Origin: Squalus acanthias
Lineage: Eukaryota
Reading direction: 5' to 3'
NCBI GenBank assembly: GCA_030390025.1
Contig: JASTWF010000323.1
Location: 434,001 to 498,000 of the forward strand
DNA: 64,000 nucleotides
The first letter of the stretch is position 1; every line of letters starts with the position of its first letter. The position numbers and the translations under genes are program-made. Shown here piece after piece: positions 60,268 to 64,000 of the stretch. Below the pieces are notes generated by a model that worked only from the letters and a program-made list of their open reading frames with translations, was not told where the DNA came from and made no database searches.

Positions 60268-60977
60268 TACTGGCCCTGAAATTCGCCTCTCCGGTTTGCA
60301 GCGGGGGTAAGGATTGCGCGTGCACTTACCTACCGCGCCTGCCGTTGTGTTTTGGGCCCACGGGAACTTCAGCTCCTGGGCCTGCTCCAAGTGCCAGCGT
60401 GCAGTGCTTGCCTGTCTCAGGGGCGCAGTTAGTGCGATGCGTCCTCTGGGATCACGTGGGCCATGGAGAGCCAATGCCAGCAGACGATCTTTCATTCATA
60501 GATTTGACAGGAAGACTTGTCAAATCTGTGAATTGAAATCGGCCCCAAAAGAATAGCTAAACTTAAAATAAATTTAAAAACCCCATCACATTTATAAAAT
60601 AACTATAGATAAATAAATAAACCACCTTAAAGAAAAATTTAAATTTTTGAAAAAATTAAAATACTTTTTAAAAGTGACAAAAATAAACTTACCTTTCTTT
60701 AAATTATCTAAAAAAGATAAACCTGTTGAAAAATGTTACAAAATATACTTAATTACCCACTTACCTTGTTGAAAAAGGCTCCTGCGCCTCCTGTTTATAA
60801 GCGTAGGCGAATCACTGCTGACCCTCCCGCAGAAACCTGGGAAACGCTCCCTTCACCTGACCGGAAGTTCCGGTTCCCCGCGCATGCGCAGTACATGCAG
60901 GAAACCGGAACTTCGGGACGCCTTGCGGGTGAGTACCGTCTCTACTCACCCGGGAAGGGCCGAATTTTTGGCCCACA
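60268..60977. mobile_element. MITE-like TIR element, copy 5
   Basis: TGGCCCTGAAATTCG ... CGAATTTTTGGCCCA; same internal hairpins. Confidence 0.82.
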
Positions 60978-61499
60978 ATGTTCTATTTGAGATGCTGTGC
61001 ACTCCAATGACTCGCTATCTCTGCGCCTGTTTCTTAGTTTCTCGCTCTCTCTCTTTCTGTCAGTCTCTGTCTGTTCCTCTTTCTCTGTCTCTCTCTCTGT
61101 CCCTATTTCTGCTTCGTATTGTTTCTCTCCCTGTTGTCTCGCTCTCTCTCTGTCAGTATCTTTCTATCTGACTCAGACTTTTCCCTGTCCGTGTGCCTAT
61201 CTCTCCATCTCTCTTTCTCTATCTATCTAACTCTGCGTTTGTGTGCAGCTGTGTTTGGATTTGAGTGTGTGGATCTCTGTACACATGAACAGGATTAGAC
61301 CATTCATCCCCTTGAACATGTTCCGCCATTCAATTAGGTCATTGCTGATCTGTATCTTAACTCCATTGTTGCTGGAACCTTTAATAACCTTGCCTACCAA
61401 CAATCTATCGATCTCAGTTTAGAAATGTATCTGCTTTCGCTTCTCACTCTCTCTATTTGAATTGCTCCGCAGGTCAGGAAGTTTGTGCAGGGAGAGGTT

Positions 61500-62330
61500 T
61501 TAGATGCTCAGACTGGAAGGAAGTTTAGAGTAGTGTACCCAAGGGGTCGATAGTAGGACAGCTGCTCTTTTTGATGAAGATTAATGAGCTGAACTTGGGT
61601 ACAGAGGACATAATTTCAAAGTTTGCAGATAATACGAAAGACGGTAATGTAGTAAAGAGTGAGGAGGATAGTAACAGACTACAGGAGGACATATACAGAC
61701 TTGTCAAATGGGCAGACACGTGACAGATGAAATTTAACACAGAGAAGTGTGAAGTGATATATTTTGGTAGGAAGAATGAGGAGAGGCAAAATTAATTAAA
61801 TGGTACAATTTTAACATGAATAATTATTTACTTTAATCGGCTCCCTCTGGAGATCACTGGCCCAGAAACTGATGAGAAAGCTCTCCCCTGCATTTTATTA
61901 ACCGCCTCTAAATGGTACAATTTTAAAGTGGGTGCAGGAACAGGGAGACCTGGGGTGTGCGGACACAGATCTGAGAAGCTGTCAGGACACGTTGAGAAGA
62001 CTGTTAAAAAAGCACATGGGAGCCTTGGCTTTATTAATAGAGTTCAAAAGCAAAGAAGTTATGCTACAACTTTAAAAACACTGGTGAGGCCTCAGCTGGA
62101 ATTTTCTCTTCAAATCTGGGCACCACGCTTTAGGAAGAAAGACACGGCCTTGGTGAGAGTGCAGAATAGATTTACTAGAATGGTACCAGGGGTGAGGGAC
62201 TTCATTTATGTGAAGAGACTGGAGAAGCTGGGATTTTTCTCTTTAGAGCAGAGAATGCCAAGAAGAGATTTGATAGAAATGTTCAAAATTATGAACGATT
62301 TTGATAGAGTTCATCAGGAGAAAACTTTAA
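61500..62330 (+). mobile_element. Degraded CR1 RT fragment
   Basis: GTACCCAAGGGGTCG, AAGTTTGCAGAT, LVRPQLE..WAP..QNRFTRMVPG. Confidence 0.85.
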
Positions 62331-62362
62331 AAAAGCCACATTGAAGGTGATAAAACCGCGCC

Positions 62363-62434
62363 AAACACGGACGGGGGCCGAACCCATGATCTTCGGTTTA
62401 TGAGACCGACGCCTTACCACTTAGCCACCGCGCC
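62363..62434 (-). tRNA. tRNA-Thr(CGT) body carrying a CAT anticodon
   Basis: GGCGCGGTGGCTAAGTGGTAAGGCGTCGGTCTCATAAACCGAAGATCATGGGTTCGGCCCCCGTCCGTGTTT. Confidence 0.85.
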
Positions 62435-62599
62435 GTCAGTGTCGTCTACATTCCAGCTTCCTGGGTAGCGAACTCTGAATCGTTTCAATTAGGTTGAAAT
62501 AGCACAGCCACAAATACAGAAAAATAAAGCGGGATAGTGGAGCAGGCAACTGATCCGCCTCATTTGCATGAATACTTTCATAAAACCTTTCACACAAAC

Positions 62600-63085
62600 A
62601 TAGAATCATAAAACACAGAAGGAGGGCATTTGGCCCATCGTGCTCATGAAAGCGCTATCCAATTATTCCCAGCTCTTTCCCCATACCCCTGCAAACATTT
62701 CCTCTTCAAGTATTTATCCAATTCCCTTTTCAAAGTTACTATTGAATCTGCTTCGACCGCCCTTTCAGGCACAGCATTACAGATCATAACAACTCGCAAC
62801 GTAAAAAAAAATCTCCTCATCTTCCCTCTGGTTCTTTTGCCAATTATCTTCAATGTGTTTCCTCTTTTTTACTCTGGATGTTGCCAGGACTGGAGAATGT
62901 TAGTTATGAGGTAAGATTGGATAAGCTGGGGTTGTTCTCTTTGGATCAGAGGATGCTGATGGGAGACTTAATTGAGTTGTAAAAATTATGAGGGGCCGAG
63001 AAAGAGTAGATAGGAAGGACCTATTTCCCTTAGCAGAGGGGTCAATAACCAGGGGGCATAGATTTAAAGTAGTTGGTAGAAGGAT
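62600..63085. mobile_element. CR1 3' fragments in opposite orientations
   Basis: 62600-62860 minus (FFTLRVV..CNAVPERAVEA); 62870-63085 plus (DRKDLFPL..TRGHRFKV). Confidence 0.75.
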
Positions 63086-63095
63086 GATCTGTGGC

Positions 63096-63167
63096 GCCGT
63101 GATCTTACAGTTGTTAATACTCTGTGTTGTGTTTGCAGCAACCTCGGTTGGAATCCGAGTCACGGCA
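63096..63167 (+). pseudogene. tRNA-His pseudogene (third copy of the duplicated His block)
   Basis: GCCGTGATC..ACTCTGTGTTGTG..GCAGCAACCTCGGTTGGAATCCGAGTCACGGCA. Confidence 0.8.
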
Positions 63168-63454
63168 CAACTTGCTTTGCATCTTCTGTCTCTTGCAGCA
63201 CCTGCTAATAAAACACAGAGTACCATCATTATTTATTAAAAGAAAAAATCTGTCTTGTTGGTGGTGAAAACCTATTTATTCCTTCAAAACCCCACGCTCT
63301 CACATACCTGCGCCTTATTCTCCATAATTCACACTCGCCTCTTACAGTTTTTCTTCCTTCCACAAGCAATAGCCCTTCTTCACTTTCCTCCTTTCATTTC
63401 ATTGTCACTTTCCCACGGTTTTCCCTTAATCTGATATTCACTTTTACCTACTTA

Positions 63455-63925
63455 GTGTCAGCTGTGGCTCAGTGGGTAGCACACTCGCCTCTGAGGCAGA
63501 AGGCCTTGGGTTCAGATTCTCCTGCAGGGACTAGAGCAGTGAAATCCAGGCTGTCCCTCCAGTGATGTACTGAGCGAGTGCCGGACTGTCGGTGGTGCCG
63601 TCTTTTGGATGTGACGTTAAATCGAGGCCCTGTCTGCTCTCTCAGGTTGACGTAAAAGATCCCATGGCAGTATTTCGAAGTAAGAGCAGGGGAGTATCCC
63701 CGGTGTCCTGGCAAATATTTATCCCTCAATCAACATAACAGAAACAGATTATCTGGTCATTATCACATTGCTGTTTGTGGGAGCTTGCTGTGCACAAATT
63801 GGCTGCCGCGTTTCCCACATTACAACAGTGACTACTTTTAAAATACATCTTCATCGGCTGTAAAGCGCTTTGAGACGTCCGGAAGTCGTGAAAGGTGCTA
63901 TATAAATGTAAGTATTTCTTTATTT
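63455..63925 (+). mobile_element. Full-length tRNA-derived DeuSINE (SacSINE1-like)
   Basis: Head TGGCTCAGTGGG..GGGTTCAGATT; Deu-like core GTGCCGTCTTTTGGATGTGACGTTAAATCGAGGCCC; tail GTAAAGCGCTTTG..GCTATATAAATG; absent from the paralogous blocks. Confidence 0.85.
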
Positions 63926-64000
63926 TACGCCGTTAAGTTCTCTCTGCTACCAACGCTGTTCCTGGGGGTACATGTCCCATTCGCACGAATGCACATTAGT

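Overview
Vertebrate genomic DNA, most likely from a cartilaginous fish (shark-type CR1 LINEs, DeuSINE/SacSINE1-like SINE, Penelope pseudo-LTRs). The window is a repeat-rich, decaying tRNA gene cluster built by tandem and inverted segmental duplication, with about 30 tRNA genes or relics. The only apparently intact host gene is a two-exon GPR139/GPR142-like class A GPCR (minus strand, 338 aa). Also present are four tandem-repeat arrays, many CR1/L2/RTE LINE pieces, Penelope-like GIY-YIG elements carrying hammerhead-ribozyme motifs, five copies of a hairpin-rich TIR (MITE-like) element, and two separate endogenous retrovirus relics whose dual RNase H and F-protein-like env resemble lokiretroviruses. 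The most notable observations are: (1) introns at the canonical 37/38 position in tRNA-Pro(CGG) (two copies) and tRNA-Arg(TCG), isoacceptors outside the usual mammalian intron set; (2) the loki-like ERV pol/env relics; (3) a GPCR promoter with homeodomain and O/E-like motifs reminiscent of olfactory receptor promoters; (4) the MITE family with co-varying hairpins. All family assignments come from recognising motifs by eye, not from database searches.
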